A stretch of DNA of 64,000 nt from IMG/VR virus record IMGVR_UViG_3300042367_000228, positions 1-64,000 of that record. One strand, 5' to 3'. The notes beneath the pieces were generated by a model. It was not told the DNA's origin, searched no databases, and saw only the letters and a list, made by a program, of their open reading frames with translations. Both the position numbers and the translations under genes were made by a program. Shown in pieces: positions 37,703-48,593 of this stretch; within the stretch, counting starts at the first letter, position 1; the number at the start of each line of letters is the position of its first letter.

Positions 37703-38619
37703 TATCTAACCCCGTACATTGCTAAACTTCCAGCAAACGTTGTTCCACCATCAGTTGTAAAAAATGTCCAAACGTCGTAACCTCCAGTTCCGATCACAGT
37801 TAATGTAGCCGGAGGAACTGTACCAGACGGCCATTTAATGTTAGATGCACTTGCAGTCCGTTGCCACGTTAAACTTGCAATTGCTACGTTATTTTTAACA
37901 ATGACATTTATTGAGTATATATTTGAACTAATCATTGTAGACGGTGTGCCTGTAAAATTAAATACCTTTGCTTGACTAGCAGTAGTGTCGCAGGTTATAA
38001 TTATGGTAGTATTAGTAATTGTAGATAAATCAATTGTAGTAGTTGCAGTAGTGCTAGATATGGTGGTAGTTTGTTCAATAATGCCAGTTGCTTTAACATA
38101 TCCATTTACTTGTAATTTATTTACACCGTCATCAACTCCAGTACCTAATAATACATTACCGCCATACTGTCCAAGTTTTATAACTCCGGTATCTAATACT
38201 TCTATACTCGGAATACCAGATACATCATTAGCGGAAAATATAGTTCCAGTAAAGCTATTAGTAACTGAAAGTAATTGCCCAGTTGATCCAGTAAAAGACA
38301 ATGAACCAGCATTAAGCATAGTAGCAGTTATTGTTTTAGAAGCATCTGGACTAGTATAAGTTACCGGAGCTGCAACATTTAAGCTACTATCACTTTGCCC
38401 TAATGTTAATGTTTTACCAGTTAATGCTCTAATTTTACCATTTTGTTCAAATATAATATCAACAGACGTTGTACCGTCACCAATGTAAACATTTGATGCG
38501 GTGTTCCCAAGTGATAATTGTCCAGTATCGCTTAATGATATAGTAGCAACTGATACATTTGATGCGTTTTTAAAATCTATTAATCCGCTTGCTGGCGTTA
38601 TTACTACGTCTTTAGCCAT
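37702..38619 (-). CDS. Tail-fibre-associated protein
   Basis: Thr/Ser/Gly-rich, GNVLLGT...KLQVNG fibre repeat, C-terminal IKWPSGTVP...DVWTFFT module. Confidence 0.7.
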   Translation of the reverse strand: MAKDVVITPASGLIDFKNASNVSVATISLSDTGQLSLGNTASNVYIGDGTTSVDIIFEQNGKIRALTGKTLTLGQSDSSLNVAAPVTYTSPDASKTITATMLNAGSLSFTGSTGQLLSVTNSFTGTIFSANDVSGIPSIEVLDTGVIKLGQYGGNVLLGTGVDDGVNKLQVNGYVKATGIIEQTTTISSTTATTTIDLSTITNTTIIITCDTTASQAKVFNFTGTPSTMISSNIYSINVIVKNNVAIASLTWQRTASASNIKWPSGTVPPATLTVIGTGGYDVWTFFTTDGGTTFAGSLAMYGVR

Positions 38620-41090
38620 TAAAGTCTCCCACCTAATCTAATTTTGTTTTGTAAAAAGCTATTTTCTGTTGATACTGCATCTAATAATTGGCTTGGTCCC
38701 TGGTTTATAATCCCAGCAATTGCAGGATTTGCATACGGAGTATCTAAGGATATTTGAAGTGGTTTAACCCAATATCCAACACCTGGTGTATTTATATTAG
38801 CAGTAGTATCTGTTACACCAACATTTACCCATCTCGGAAATGACACTGCCGCTAATGTTAATTCAGCTTTTTCATAAGTAGTAGAATTAGCAGTGCTAAA
38901 TTGCACATAGCTACCTCCTCCGGATAATGCACTACTAAATTCGCCGCCTGCATTTCCTAGTTGATTCGGATTAGTTCCTGACTGTGCAGTTCTTGCACAT
39001 AACCATGGTTTATCACTTCCACTATTCCAGTTTGATTGTAATTTAATAGAACATGTTGCTCGTAACGTTACATTTGGTGGAATATATACACCTTGGAACC
39101 AACCTCGACCCCACTCTGTAAAGTCTTGTGCAATAACTACATGCCATGCATTTTCAGTTAAATCCCACCATCTTTCAGTTCCGTATGCAAGTTGTCGTAC
39201 TCTATCATATTCAAAATCATCTTCAATCATAGTAACTATTTGATTACCTTGAGTACCTCTATCTAGGTGTGTATGATAATAACCACGTTGTAGGGTACTA
39301 GGAGTAGCGTTGAACACATTAGGAGCTCCACTGCATGATCGTAACTTTGAATATAGTAATGTAGCTTGAGTTCTTTCAGTATGTGGACCATACCAATAAC
39401 CGGTAATTTTCCACTTATAAAACGGTGTTTGTTGTGATGTAATAAACTGTATTTCACTACACGCATCTATAATAATGTGATGCATTCCACAGTTACCGTC
39501 AGCTTCAAGAGTTCTGCAGCCCCATGGGGTTCTCGATGTGTAGTTATATGCTAATTCTCCATACTCACTAGACCATTCGGATCTAAATGACCATGAGTTA
39601 CTACCGGCAGAAATACAATTATACGCAGCATTACCATTATCATACCACCCAAATAATATATTACTGTTAAATGGCCCAATTGACGAACAACATCTAAGTT
39701 GCCCATATCTATTATTCCAATTCCACAAACCGCCTAGGTCTCTAGTAGAATTACTAGCAGTCATTGCAATACCTTCTGTCCAACATTGTTGACCAAATGC
39801 AGGCACGGTATTAGTTAATGTTACTGGTAACGAATTTGTGCTATGATATCCTCTAAATGAAACACCGCCTTCTGCTTGCCCTTGAGAACTTCCTACGTAT
39901 CTAAAAAATACATCTTTTACTATTAATTTTCTATCATAATTGTCGCTAGCATGTTCAACATAAACTCCATAATAATCTGAATTTGGAGTAACTGGCTCGA
40001 CAATTATATCTCTGGTTAATCTTGTAACTAATGCACTAACAACTACATTATAGCTAATTGCTGCAGATAGATTAATAGTTGTACCGGAAACTGAAGATAC
40101 TGTTCTAACATACGTAGAATAAGCATTCCATGAAAAATCAGAAGTCCCGCCACATTCACTTCTGGCTTCAATCCAAATTTCGTCGCCTGCTGCAAACATA
40201 TTAGCATTTGCGACTACAATTGAAGTAGCAGTCGATGCAGCTGCAGCAGTTGCTACTGTAGCAACTTTTCTTACTTTATTTCCGGAAGTGTGAATTTTAT
40301 CCGTGCCAGTTTCGTACACAGTTTGCCCAGTAACTGCACCACTAGAAACCACACTATCACAAGTAATCACATTAGTAGAATAATTGATAGCAGTTATTGT
40401 TTTTACATTTCTATCAGCACCCGTTCCAAAAATAATTTTCTGGTTAACTCTAAAAACTTTAGCATTAGCAACAGTAATTGTTGATCCATAAGCCTGAGTA
40501 ATAACCGATTCTGGACCAACAAATTGTCTAAAATAAACTGTTGTTCCTGAAATATCGTGGATCCAAAAACCTTCATCTCTTAATGTAGTCCCACCGCCAA
40601 CACTTGCTTGTGCAGTAGTATTATCATATATTGCAAACCATTCACCAACTGCAAAGTTTGTTACACTAGTAAATGAAAAACTAGTCGATCTTTCATTTGC
40701 AGTAGCTGATAAAGTAGTAGTTGGCATACCATCAGAACCTTCCATAATAAGATTAGCACCAGTGTCTGCTACGCTGTATAATAATCTAGACGATGCGGCG
40801 GCTCCTTTAAATTGAAGTTTATGCCCTGCTCTAGCATGGAATGTGCCACCAGTTCTAATTTGAAGTCTACCATTCATTCTAAGAACATTAGTTGCACCAG
40901 CTGCTGCAGTTTGTAATATTCCGTAAATATTACTTTCAGCAAATCCATTAGTTACAGGAGTAGCTACGTTATAGATAACAGTGTGCCCGGTTGATATTGT
41001 AAAAGAATCTCCGTCAACTGGAACAACACCGCCTGTCCATGTCGTAGTAGCGTTAAAATTACCCGATTGGGCTGATGTTATTGTAGCCAT
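38619..41090 (-). CDS. Large adhesin-like protein with G8-like N-terminus
   Basis: SAQSGNFNATTTWTGGVVPVDGDSFTISTGHTV fits the G8-like motif; beta-rich body. Confidence 0.65.
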   Translation of the reverse strand: MATITSAQSGNFNATTTWTGGVVPVDGDSFTISTGHTVIYNVATPVTNGFAESNIYGILQTAAAGATNVLRMNGRLQIRTGGTFHARAGHKLQFKGAAASSRLLYSVADTGANLIMEGSDGMPTTTLSATANERSTSFSFTSVTNFAVGEWFAIYDNTTAQASVGGGTTLRDEGFWIHDISGTTVYFRQFVGPESVITQAYGSTITVANAKVFRVNQKIIFGTGADRNVKTITAINYSTNVITCDSVVSSGAVTGQTVYETGTDKIHTSGNKVRKVATVATAAAASTATSIVVANANMFAAGDEIWIEARSECGGTSDFSWNAYSTYVRTVSSVSGTTINLSAAISYNVVVSALVTRLTRDIIVEPVTPNSDYYGVYVEHASDNYDRKLIVKDVFFRYVGSSQGQAEGGVSFRGYHSTNSLPVTLTNTVPAFGQQCWTEGIAMTASNSTRDLGGLWNWNNRYGQLRCCSSIGPFNSNILFGWYDNGNAAYNCISAGSNSWSFRSEWSSEYGELAYNYTSRTPWGCRTLEADGNCGMHHIIIDACSEIQFITSQQTPFYKWKITGYWYGPHTERTQATLLYSKLRSCSGAPNVFNATPSTLQRGYYHTHLDRGTQGNQIVTMIEDDFEYDRVRQLAYGTERWWDLTENAWHVVIAQDFTEWGRGWFQGVYIPPNVTLRATCSIKLQSNWNSGSDKPWLCARTAQSGTNPNQLGNAGGEFSSALSGGGSYVQFSTANSTTYEKAELTLAAVSFPRWVNVGVTDTTANINTPGVGYWVKPLQISLDTPYANPAIAGIINQGPSQLLDAVSTENSFLQNKIRLGGRL

Positions 41091-41241
41091 TTATTATTAC
41101 CTGTTGATATGCAGATTCTTGATGCGGAATTGAAATTTCTAATTCAATTATTGAATCTTCTTGTTTAATATGATTAATTGTTACACCGTTTTCTGCTAAT
41201 GCAGTAAGATCGGACGTATTGATTGTTATTTTACTTAACAT
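41059..41241 (-). CDS. Small hypothetical protein
   Basis: AAGGAG SD and ATAAATA (41258-41264) upstream. Confidence 0.6.
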   Translation of the reverse strand: MLSKITINTSDLTALAENGVTINHIKQEDSIIELEISIPHQESAYQQVIINGYNNISPIG

Positions 41242-41265
41242 TACATCTCCTTTTGTATATTTATG

Positions 41266-42501
41266 TTAGATACCAAACCGGCCTCTTAACGCATTAAAAT
41301 TTTGTAATACTTCAGCGGCTGACAATGCTCTGTTATACATTTTTACGTTTGATATGGAACATTTTGGGTAGAATATATAGATCTCGTTTCTTAATGTAGT
41401 ATTACCAACTCCACCAAGATACAATACATCAGTAGTTACATTTGGATTTGTTAATGCAGTAGTTGTACCTGTTCCAAAATTAACACCATTAACATAAGGA
41501 GTAAATACGTTACCGTTTTTAGTAACGACTACTTGATACCATTTTCCTTGATTGATTTGCGCGCCAGAAGTTCCAAGCGTCCAAGATGCTACCACTGGTT
41601 CTGTTGGACCAGTGGTCATGTGTGCATAAATTAGATTTGAACTAGAATAATAAAATCCGGCATGCCATCCTCGATAAAGCATTAAATTACTCATACTTTC
41701 ATACTGATCAAAACTAGATGGATTTATATCATTAATCTTAAACCAAATTTCCCAAGTATGATTTCCATATACAAAATTTCCATAAGTTAATGCACCAGTA
41801 GCTGTGACATCCATAGCTGGTCCAAATCTAGTAGTTGCACTACGAGTAAACGTGACACTTTTATCATCGTATGAGATATACTGATTGTGGTATGAATTTA
41901 ATGTATAATTACCAACAGAGTCTTTAACGGGCATTACATAACTAGAATCATCTAATTCAAGTTTTACACCCCAGAAATCTAAAACGTAATCAGTTGTATT
42001 GTTATCTAAAATGTCTAAAAACGATTTAGATGTTGTAGTTGTAGTATTAGAAAATGAAACTCTAACCCATTTACCAGTTACTAATTGTGATGAATAATCT
42101 AATGCTGGGTTAGTATCAGATAGCCCGCTCCAAATTTGATTACTTTCTGAAACGGTACCACTAATTTTTCTAACCCAAAAACTTACAGTATAAAGTTCAC
42201 TAGTGCTTGCTGGAGTAAATGAATTAAAACCTATTCTAATTAAACTTTGGCCAGTTGTTTTGCAAGTAACTCGGACTGCGTTAGTACTGCCATCTGGAGC
42301 ATCGATACCTGTGGTAATTGTCGTATTTGCGGAAAATACATTCCACCAAGTTGATGCGTTATAAATCGGATCCTGAATTAAATTTCCAGTACCGAAACTT
42401 GTAACGCCTGCAGTTTTACTAAAACGTTTTGAATTAGCAAAGTCTAAGTTTAAAAGTAAACTTGAATCAACTACACTATTTGGTTTATATGCTACACTCA
42501 T
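41266..42501 (-). CDS. LamG/concanavalin-A-like lectin protein with carbohydrate-binding module
   Basis: TWEIWFK, WYQVVVT, YVNG, YNRALSAAEVLQNF; YTVSFWVR CBM-like segment. Confidence 0.85.
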   Translation of the reverse strand: MSVAYKPNSVVDSSLLLNLDFANSKRFSKTAGVTSFGTGNLIQDPIYNASTWWNVFSANTTITTGIDAPDGSTNAVRVTCKTTGQSLIRIGFNSFTPASTSELYTVSFWVRKISGTVSESNQIWSGLSDTNPALDYSSQLVTGKWVRVSFSNTTTTTSKSFLDILDNNTTDYVLDFWGVKLELDDSSYVMPVKDSVGNYTLNSYHNQYISYDDKSVTFTRSATTRFGPAMDVTATGALTYGNFVYGNHTWEIWFKINDINPSSFDQYESMSNLMLYRGWHAGFYYSSSNLIYAHMTTGPTEPVVASWTLGTSGAQINQGKWYQVVVTKNGNVFTPYVNGVNFGTGTTTALTNPNVTTDVLYLGGVGNTTLRNEIYIFYPKCSISNVKMYNRALSAAEVLQNFNALRGRFGI

Positions 42502-44321
42502 AATCCGTATCTCCCTCTCAAAGCATTAAAGTTTTGTAATACCTCTGCTGCGGATAATGCTAATTTATATACTTTAGCTACTGCAATCTTTCCAAGAAAG
42601 TTAAGTGTTGATGCCGGAGTTGGTCCTAGCATACCGATGTTAAGTTGTGCAGTGGTATTTGTTAGAGATCCAGTTGTTCCGGGTGTTCCGAGAACTGTTC
42701 CGTTGCGGTATAAAATCATATTATAACCATCAAATGTTGCTACTAGATGGCTCCAGTTATTAACAGATAATGTTGAATCTACTGCATCACCTGCCGAACT
42801 TCTACTGCCAGCAGAAAATCTTTCAAATATAAAATATGTAGTAGTAGTTGCACTGCCATTAAAATACAAATTGTAACCATCTCTACCAGATCCCGGATTA
42901 CTTTCTCTACAAATAATACCAAGCCACGCATTTGTGCCTGGATTTGCAGTTGGATAAACCCACGCTTCTAATGTAAATGGTTGTAATCCTAAAAATTGAA
43001 AATCAGTATTTGAAGTTGCAGTAACATAATTAGAACTACCATTAAAACTAAATGTAGTATCACTAGCATAAGTTAAACTAGATGCAGTAAATGTATTAGT
43101 AGTTGACGATGTTCCGGTTGTTGAAGAAAATGGAGTGAGTTTAGGATATGGTTCTAATTGAAATCCACAGAATTGCATAGTTATTCCAGCAATCATTCCA
43201 CCAGTATGAGCTAAGAACATATCAATACCATTACCAGCAGTAATATTACCAGTAACTGAATATCGTTTCCAAGTTGTAGTAAACGTTGGATTAACATCAC
43301 CGGTCATTGCAGAATCTGATCCCAATACAGACTGCCTCCATATCTGCGAATTTCCTATGTTACTTGAACTGCTACCGCTAATTAATCTTGCATAATATGA
43401 GAAAGTATATTTTGCAGTGGTCGGAACAGTATTTGATCTAATAGCAAAAAATTGATATCCGCCAGTTCCTGTATAATACTGTAAGACTCCAGGAGCATTT
43501 ACAGGATTAGCAACACTAGTTTGATAGGTATAAGTTGCCCCTAAATCACTCTTATTGTAGGATAATTCAAAAGAAGAACCATTATATGACGCATAAGGAT
43601 ATGGCATATAATTTTGTGTTTCGTACGGATTAGCCAAATTTAAAATAGCTTGAGTATTAGACCGAGTACCATTGACAAACGGAGTTCTAAATCCATTTAC
43701 TTCAGCTTGTGGATTTCTATATAAAATAAAGCCACTATCTGCTAATCTAGTTGAACTACACGCTCCTGGATACATATAACATCTAACTTGAGGGTTGATT
43801 GAATTAGCAGGAACTTGTACTGTTGCATATTTAGTTTTCCATACACCGACTACTGATATATCGGGATCATAATAACTTGCACCAGTTAAATAGGTCCAAT
43901 TTGGACTCGTTGGTTCATATATTTCAATATTAGCCAAAAAATGCTGGTTTGGTGAAACACCATAATTGACGCAGGTTGGTGAAATATAATAATCAAATGA
44001 AAATGTTACATAACTTCCAGGTGAAATAGTAGGTGATGCTAAATTCATACCATGGTAATGGCAAGCATTTGTTCCTACTGTATATGAATAAACAATGTCT
44101 GATGGTTGAACTGTATAATCGCCATAGGTTCCAGATGTTACTCTTACAAAAGATCCACCGTTGCCTTGAATAGAAAATGTCACATTTCCCGAACCATCAG
44201 GCGTAGGAACTTCATATTGATTAACAATGGGTTGACCTTTAAATGACTTTTTAGTATTGCCCATATCATAATGCAATATTAAGCCATTAGTAACGATAGC
44301 AGGTGCATGAGTTATTGCCAT
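42498..44321 (-). CDS. LamG/concanavalin-A-like lectin protein, multi-domain
   Basis: FTLEAWVYP, WSHLVATFDG, YKLALSAAEVLQNF; N- and C-terminal motifs shared with the neighbour. Confidence 0.85.
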   Translation of the reverse strand: MAITHAPAIVTNGLILHYDMGNTKKSFKGQPIVNQYEVPTPDGSGNVTFSIQGNGGSFVRVTSGTYGDYTVQPSDIVYSYTVGTNACHYHGMNLASPTISPGSYVTFSFDYYISPTCVNYGVSPNQHFLANIEIYEPTSPNWTYLTGASYYDPDISVVGVWKTKYATVQVPANSINPQVRCYMYPGACSSTRLADSGFILYRNPQAEVNGFRTPFVNGTRSNTQAILNLANPYETQNYMPYPYASYNGSSFELSYNKSDLGATYTYQTSVANPVNAPGVLQYYTGTGGYQFFAIRSNTVPTTAKYTFSYYARLISGSSSSNIGNSQIWRQSVLGSDSAMTGDVNPTFTTTWKRYSVTGNITAGNGIDMFLAHTGGMIAGITMQFCGFQLEPYPKLTPFSSTTGTSSTTNTFTASSLTYASDTTFSFNGSSNYVTATSNTDFQFLGLQPFTLEAWVYPTANPGTNAWLGIICRESNPGSGRDGYNLYFNGSATTTTYFIFERFSAGSRSSAGDAVDSTLSVNNWSHLVATFDGYNMILYRNGTVLGTPGTTGSLTNTTAQLNIGMLGPTPASTLNFLGKIAVAKVYKLALSAAEVLQNFNALRGRYGL

Positions 44322-44322
44322 A

Positions 44323-44523
44323 TTACCATTTTCCTATTGGACAAGATTTTACTTTAAGTGTTAAAAGTATAGCAATTGAACAATTACATTCGGAACACAT
44401 TGGTATAAAATGCTCATTAGAGTCTACGCGTTCACATATACTACAGAAACTATTTCTTTTCTGGAGTTCTTCTTCTGAACAATTTAAGTCTAATTCTTTA
44501 ATCTCGTTTATAACTTCATCCAT
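44323..44523 (-). CDS. Small Cys-rich protein
   Basis: CxxC...CxxCxC...CPIGKW pattern. Confidence 0.7.
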   Translation of the reverse strand: MDEVINEIKELDLNCSEEELQKRNSFCSICERVDSNEHFIPMCSECNCSIAILLTLKVKSCPIGKW

Positions 44524-44525
44524 AA

Positions 44526-47500
44526 TTAAAATTCCACAATTAATTTTTCAACATCTTTACGTTCTGCAAATACAGTGTAGAAACAGTTGATATTATCTCC
44601 GCCTACAATTACTGTATTATCTACAATATCTTCAACCCATAAATCTTGTGATTTACCAATAGCAGTTAAGTTTACTGTAATAGTATCTTCATTAACTAAT
44701 CCAATCCAGTAATCTGGTAATTCTATAACATTAGAATCTTTTAATCTACCACGAACATAAACACCATTTTCTGGTCCCTCTAAACTACCATAACGCAGTT
44801 TCATATCTGGTTTAGTTGGATGGTCAATTACGAATGATTTAGTAGTAGCAGCAAATGAACCGTTTACTTGAAGTTTGTAACCAGAATTTACAGTTCCGTT
44901 ACCAATAGTAAGGTTGCCGTTTTGGATGTACATATTAGTTGCAGTAGTATTATTACCAACTACAACGGAACCAGCATTATTCCAATGCAAATAAGTATCT
45001 GATGTTGCGTCTGGATGAATATGTACAGCAGTTGAATACCCGCCAGCTACTCTAAATGAATTTGATGAGTCTATTGCAATAAGATTAGTAGCAGTTCCAT
45101 TTGCCATCTTTTGTTTGATAGCAAAATTATTCTCAAGTAATAGATTACCATTAACGTGCAATTTTTCACTCGGACTAGATGTTCCGATACCAACATTACC
45201 AGCAGAATCAATACGTATGCGTTCAGTTGCCGAGTTGCCCGCAGCAAACACCATGATTCCAGTATCGGATACTGCAATTCTACCTTGCTCACCGTTAGTT
45301 GCATTACCAAAGAACATGTATGCATTATTAGTACCACTGCTAATTGCATGAAATCCAGCATAACCAGAACCACTTTCAGATTTTATAATAGTATCGGCAG
45401 ATGCATTTCTAACATGTAACAATGCAGATGGGCTAGACGTTCCAATACCAAGTTTTCCAGTATTATCCAACACCATTCTAGTAGCAATGCCACTATTACT
45501 AGTTCCCCAAGTATGTGTTCCTATCCCTGAAATTTTATAAAATGATCCCCAACTAGTTCCCGCACCTTGACCATATACTGAACCTGCTTCAAATACAGTT
45601 GATGTATCTGCAGCCCATCTATTACCAACAACTAATCCATTATAAGTAGTAGCATCATTTGCTTGATATATTTTAGCTGCCCAAGTTCCAGTTGGTTCTA
45701 ACAGGACTGCGTTTGTGCCATTTTGAACATGTAGTTTAGCAGTTGGAGTTGATTGTCCAATACCAACATTACCGCTAGAATCAATACGCATACGCTCTGT
45801 GTCGGTTGTCATAAAGACAATCGGCTTTGCAGCTACTGTTTTTAGTCTTAATGAATCACTATTTGTGTCTGATGAAATAACAAATTCTTTTTCATTTCCA
45901 GATTGACTTACACCAGTAAGTCTATTTCCCGTACTATCTCCTGTATAGCTAACATACTGTGTTGGCACTCCAAATCTTGTTAGTCGTGTTTCTCCAGCAA
46001 CTTGTAAAGGAACTGCTGGAGCTGTAGTACCAATACCAACATTACCTGTTGTAGTAATCCGCATCCATTCATTAATAGCAAATATGTCTGTAAACAGTAA
46101 TGGAGCAGCTGACGCACTAGTATGATCATTACCAGATTGTATGTAATTTTTACCGTTTGCGTTTACAAATCTAATTACAGAATTAGCGTCTTGAATTGAC
46201 TGGGAAGTACCAGCTGGTGTATATACATGTAATTTTTCAAGTGGACTAGTTGTTCCAATACCAACATTACCTGTAGATTTAATTGTCATCGCAGTTGATA
46301 ATGTAGTACCGGTCTGTGTTTGAAAATCGATTCTACCGCGAGCATCAGCTGCACTAAATGCATTATCAGCAGTAAAATAGATTCGAGCTACATCATTCAT
46401 TCCAATGCCATCCCAACCCCATCCAGTTAAACACCCTAGCGCATCGTCAGTTTGTACTGCAAGTTTTGTTGCCTCAGTACCTCTACTTCTAAACAGTTCT
46501 AATACACTAAATCCACCATTATCAGCAGTACCTGCTAAATTGCCTGAATAATGAAATGCGTCAAATCCTGCCCATTTAGGTGTTTCTGAACTTGAATTGA
46601 TTGATCGTATTTTAGTAGATGTATCAACTGCGCGTGTTTCCATTGCAGAATTATAAACATAAAACCCGGTATTATTAAGGCGCACACGCTCAACACCGTT
46701 AAACGTCCAGTTTCTATAAAGAACACCTAGACCTAAATCATCTTGGTAATATGGGCTGCCATTTGCATCACGCAATGCTGATATAGAATATGAATTTGCA
46801 GTTCCGCCAATCATTCTTAATGATACAGCTGCCAACGCACCAACTGTTGAATTTCCAATGCCTAATATAGTTTCAGCGTTTTGTGCTTTTGCTACTACTA
46901 ATCTTGCAGCATTTGAATACCAGTTAGAGGGAGACGAAGTACCAATTCCGAGATTGCCGCTGCTATCTAATCGCATTGCTTCAGCAATTGATTGCGGCGA
47001 AGTATTTGTTTGGCCAGTACCCCAAGCTATACCGCCTGTATTTCCGTTACCGTTAAATTGCTGCCATGCCATCCAAGTAGCATCAATTTTTTGCTGCAAT
47101 CGCGTACCAACTGTAGTCCAGTCTGTGCCAGCTGCATCTCTAAAATGTGAGATATCAAATAATCCAACGTTGCCGGAATATGTACTAGAAAATCTTGCGG
47201 ATATTTCTTGACTACCTAGTGTGCCACCTAATGCTGGATTATTTGCTTGAAAACCAATATTACTAACCCATCTATTTTCAGCAAATGTCCAGTATAATGT
47301 CTTATCAGCTGCAGCTTTAATAGTAATACCAGCACCATTTGCAGTTATGTCACTATTCCCAGTAGAGGTAATATTAGTAACAGTACCTGCAGTTGGCGTA
47401 GTTCCACCAGTTACAGTGTACGTGATACTTGTTGAACTAACAATAGATGCAACAACAACTGACGAAGGTGATCCGCCATATAATGTTCCAGTACCAGCTG

Positions 47501-48152
47501 TTGCAGAAATAGACACTCCTGTAATTAGATTAGCAGTAGTTGTCATATTTGTGATAGTAGCAGTCCATGGTCCAGTTCCGGTAATAGAACCAACTGTACC
47601 AGTAGTACTTATTGTTCCTGATGTAACTGAACCAAGTTCGATATTTTTATCATCAACGGATACTGTTGAAGAATTAATTGTAGTTGTAGTACCATTAACT
47701 GTTAAGTTACCTGTAATAGTTGCACTACCACCAACGTTTAAGTTTTCTACAATGCCAACTCCACCTGCAACTTGCAAAGCACCAGATGTAGTAGTAGTTG
47801 ACGTAGTAGTACTTGAAATTGATACTGCTGCAGATCGTAGTTCTAATGTAGTACCAGATCCAGTACGCACCATTACTTTTTTACCAGGAGCAATACCAAC
47901 AACTAAAACCCTGTTATCACCCGGAGCATATGACAATCCTGTAATATTAGTAGAATTCGAAGTAACAAAAATCGGTTGATCGTCAATACTAGTTGCATCT
48001 ACTGTATAGTTTGTGTTAAAATATGGTGTTGTAATATTTGGACTAGTAGACAATACAACAGAACCGGAACCAGTTGATGTAGTAGTTCCGGTACCTCCTG
48101 CTGCAACGGTTAATGTTCCGCTTTTTAAATAATTTGAAAAGTTAATTGACAT
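44526..48152 (-). CDS. Long tail fibre / receptor-binding protein
   Basis: Six G(N/K)(V/L)GIG(T/Q) repeats, VDDKNIELG motif, C-terminal SFAATTKSFVIDHP...EGPENGVYVRG module; ATAAATA at 48173-48179. Confidence 0.88.
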   Translation of the reverse strand: MSINFSNYLKSGTLTVAAGGTGTTTSTGSGSVVLSTSPNITTPYFNTNYTVDATSIDDQPIFVTSNSTNITGLSYAPGDNRVLVVGIAPGKKVMVRTGSGTTLELRSAAVSISSTTTSTTTTSGALQVAGGVGIVENLNVGGSATITGNLTVNGTTTTINSSTVSVDDKNIELGSVTSGTISTTGTVGSITGTGPWTATITNMTTTANLITGVSISATAGTGTLYGGSPSSVVVASIVSSTSITYTVTGGTTPTAGTVTNITSTGNSDITANGAGITIKAAADKTLYWTFAENRWVSNIGFQANNPALGGTLGSQEISARFSSTYSGNVGLFDISHFRDAAGTDWTTVGTRLQQKIDATWMAWQQFNGNGNTGGIAWGTGQTNTSPQSIAEAMRLDSSGNLGIGTSSPSNWYSNAARLVVAKAQNAETILGIGNSTVGALAAVSLRMIGGTANSYSISALRDANGSPYYQDDLGLGVLYRNWTFNGVERVRLNNTGFYVYNSAMETRAVDTSTKIRSINSSSETPKWAGFDAFHYSGNLAGTADNGGFSVLELFRSRGTEATKLAVQTDDALGCLTGWGWDGIGMNDVARIYFTADNAFSAADARGRIDFQTQTGTTLSTAMTIKSTGNVGIGTTSPLEKLHVYTPAGTSQSIQDANSVIRFVNANGKNYIQSGNDHTSASAAPLLFTDIFAINEWMRITTTGNVGIGTTAPAVPLQVAGETRLTRFGVPTQYVSYTGDSTGNRLTGVSQSGNEKEFVISSDTNSDSLRLKTVAAKPIVFMTTDTERMRIDSSGNVGIGQSTPTAKLHVQNGTNAVLLEPTGTWAAKIYQANDATTYNGLVVGNRWAADTSTVFEAGSVYGQGAGTSWGSFYKISGIGTHTWGTSNSGIATRMVLDNTGKLGIGTSSPSALLHVRNASADTIIKSESGSGYAGFHAISSGTNNAYMFFGNATNGEQGRIAVSDTGIMVFAAGNSATERIRIDSAGNVGIGTSSPSEKLHVNGNLLLENNFAIKQKMANGTATNLIAIDSSNSFRVAGGYSTAVHIHPDATSDTYLHWNNAGSVVVGNNTTATNMYIQNGNLTIGNGTVNSGYKLQVNGSFAATTKSFVIDHPTKPDMKLRYGSLEGPENGVYVRGRLKDSNVIELPDYWIGLVNEDTITVNLTAIGKSQDLWVEDIVDNTVIVGGDNINCFYTVFAERKDVEKLIVEF

Positions 48153-48182
48153 TTAGAAATTCCTATATCGTATATTTATCGT

Positions 48183-48593
48183 CTATGAACGATTCAATAT
48201 TTGATGTTTAATTTGAGTTGACCAGTACACAGCGTGTTTACTTTCAATTCTAATATCATATTTAATAGGTTTTTCAAATATAAGGTTTGTATCGTTATAC
48301 TTACTTTGATTTATAGTGTCAACAAATACTGTAAAATCTGCATTAAATATTTTTCTAATTTCTTCAGTTGGTGCAACAAAATCACATATTACATATTTAG
48401 CGTTGGATTGTTCAGCTAATTGTTTCATTCTATTACACTGTCGCAGTCTTCCCTGATCGCTAAAATCCCAATCATTATACTGTTTTCTAATTTCATCGGC
48501 ATTAAACCATTCTAAATTTGGTAAAATTTTAATTAATTCATTTGCTAATGTTGTTTTACCTGAACCAGGTAATCCTAATATAAGTATTTTCAT
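48183..48593 (-). CDS. cysC: Adenylylsulfate (APS) kinase-like P-loop kinase
   Basis: GLPGSGKTTLA, NADEIR, WDFSDQGR, FEKP pattern; short (136 aa). Confidence 0.7.
   Translation of the reverse strand: MKILILGLPGSGKTTLANELIKILPNLEWFNADEIRKQYNDWDFSDQGRLRQCNRMKQLAEQSNAKYVICDFVAPTEEIRKIFNADFTVFVDTINQSKYNDTNLIFEKPIKYDIRIESKHAVYWSTQIKHQILNRS

Noticed and set aside
47347-47979. 210-aa plus-strand ORF, and similar antisense ORFs at 7272-7676, 17237-17614, 30896-31342, 37985-38359 and 56230-56799
   Set aside because: Shadow frames opposite well-supported, low-complexity or repetitive genes; no SD or recognisable motifs
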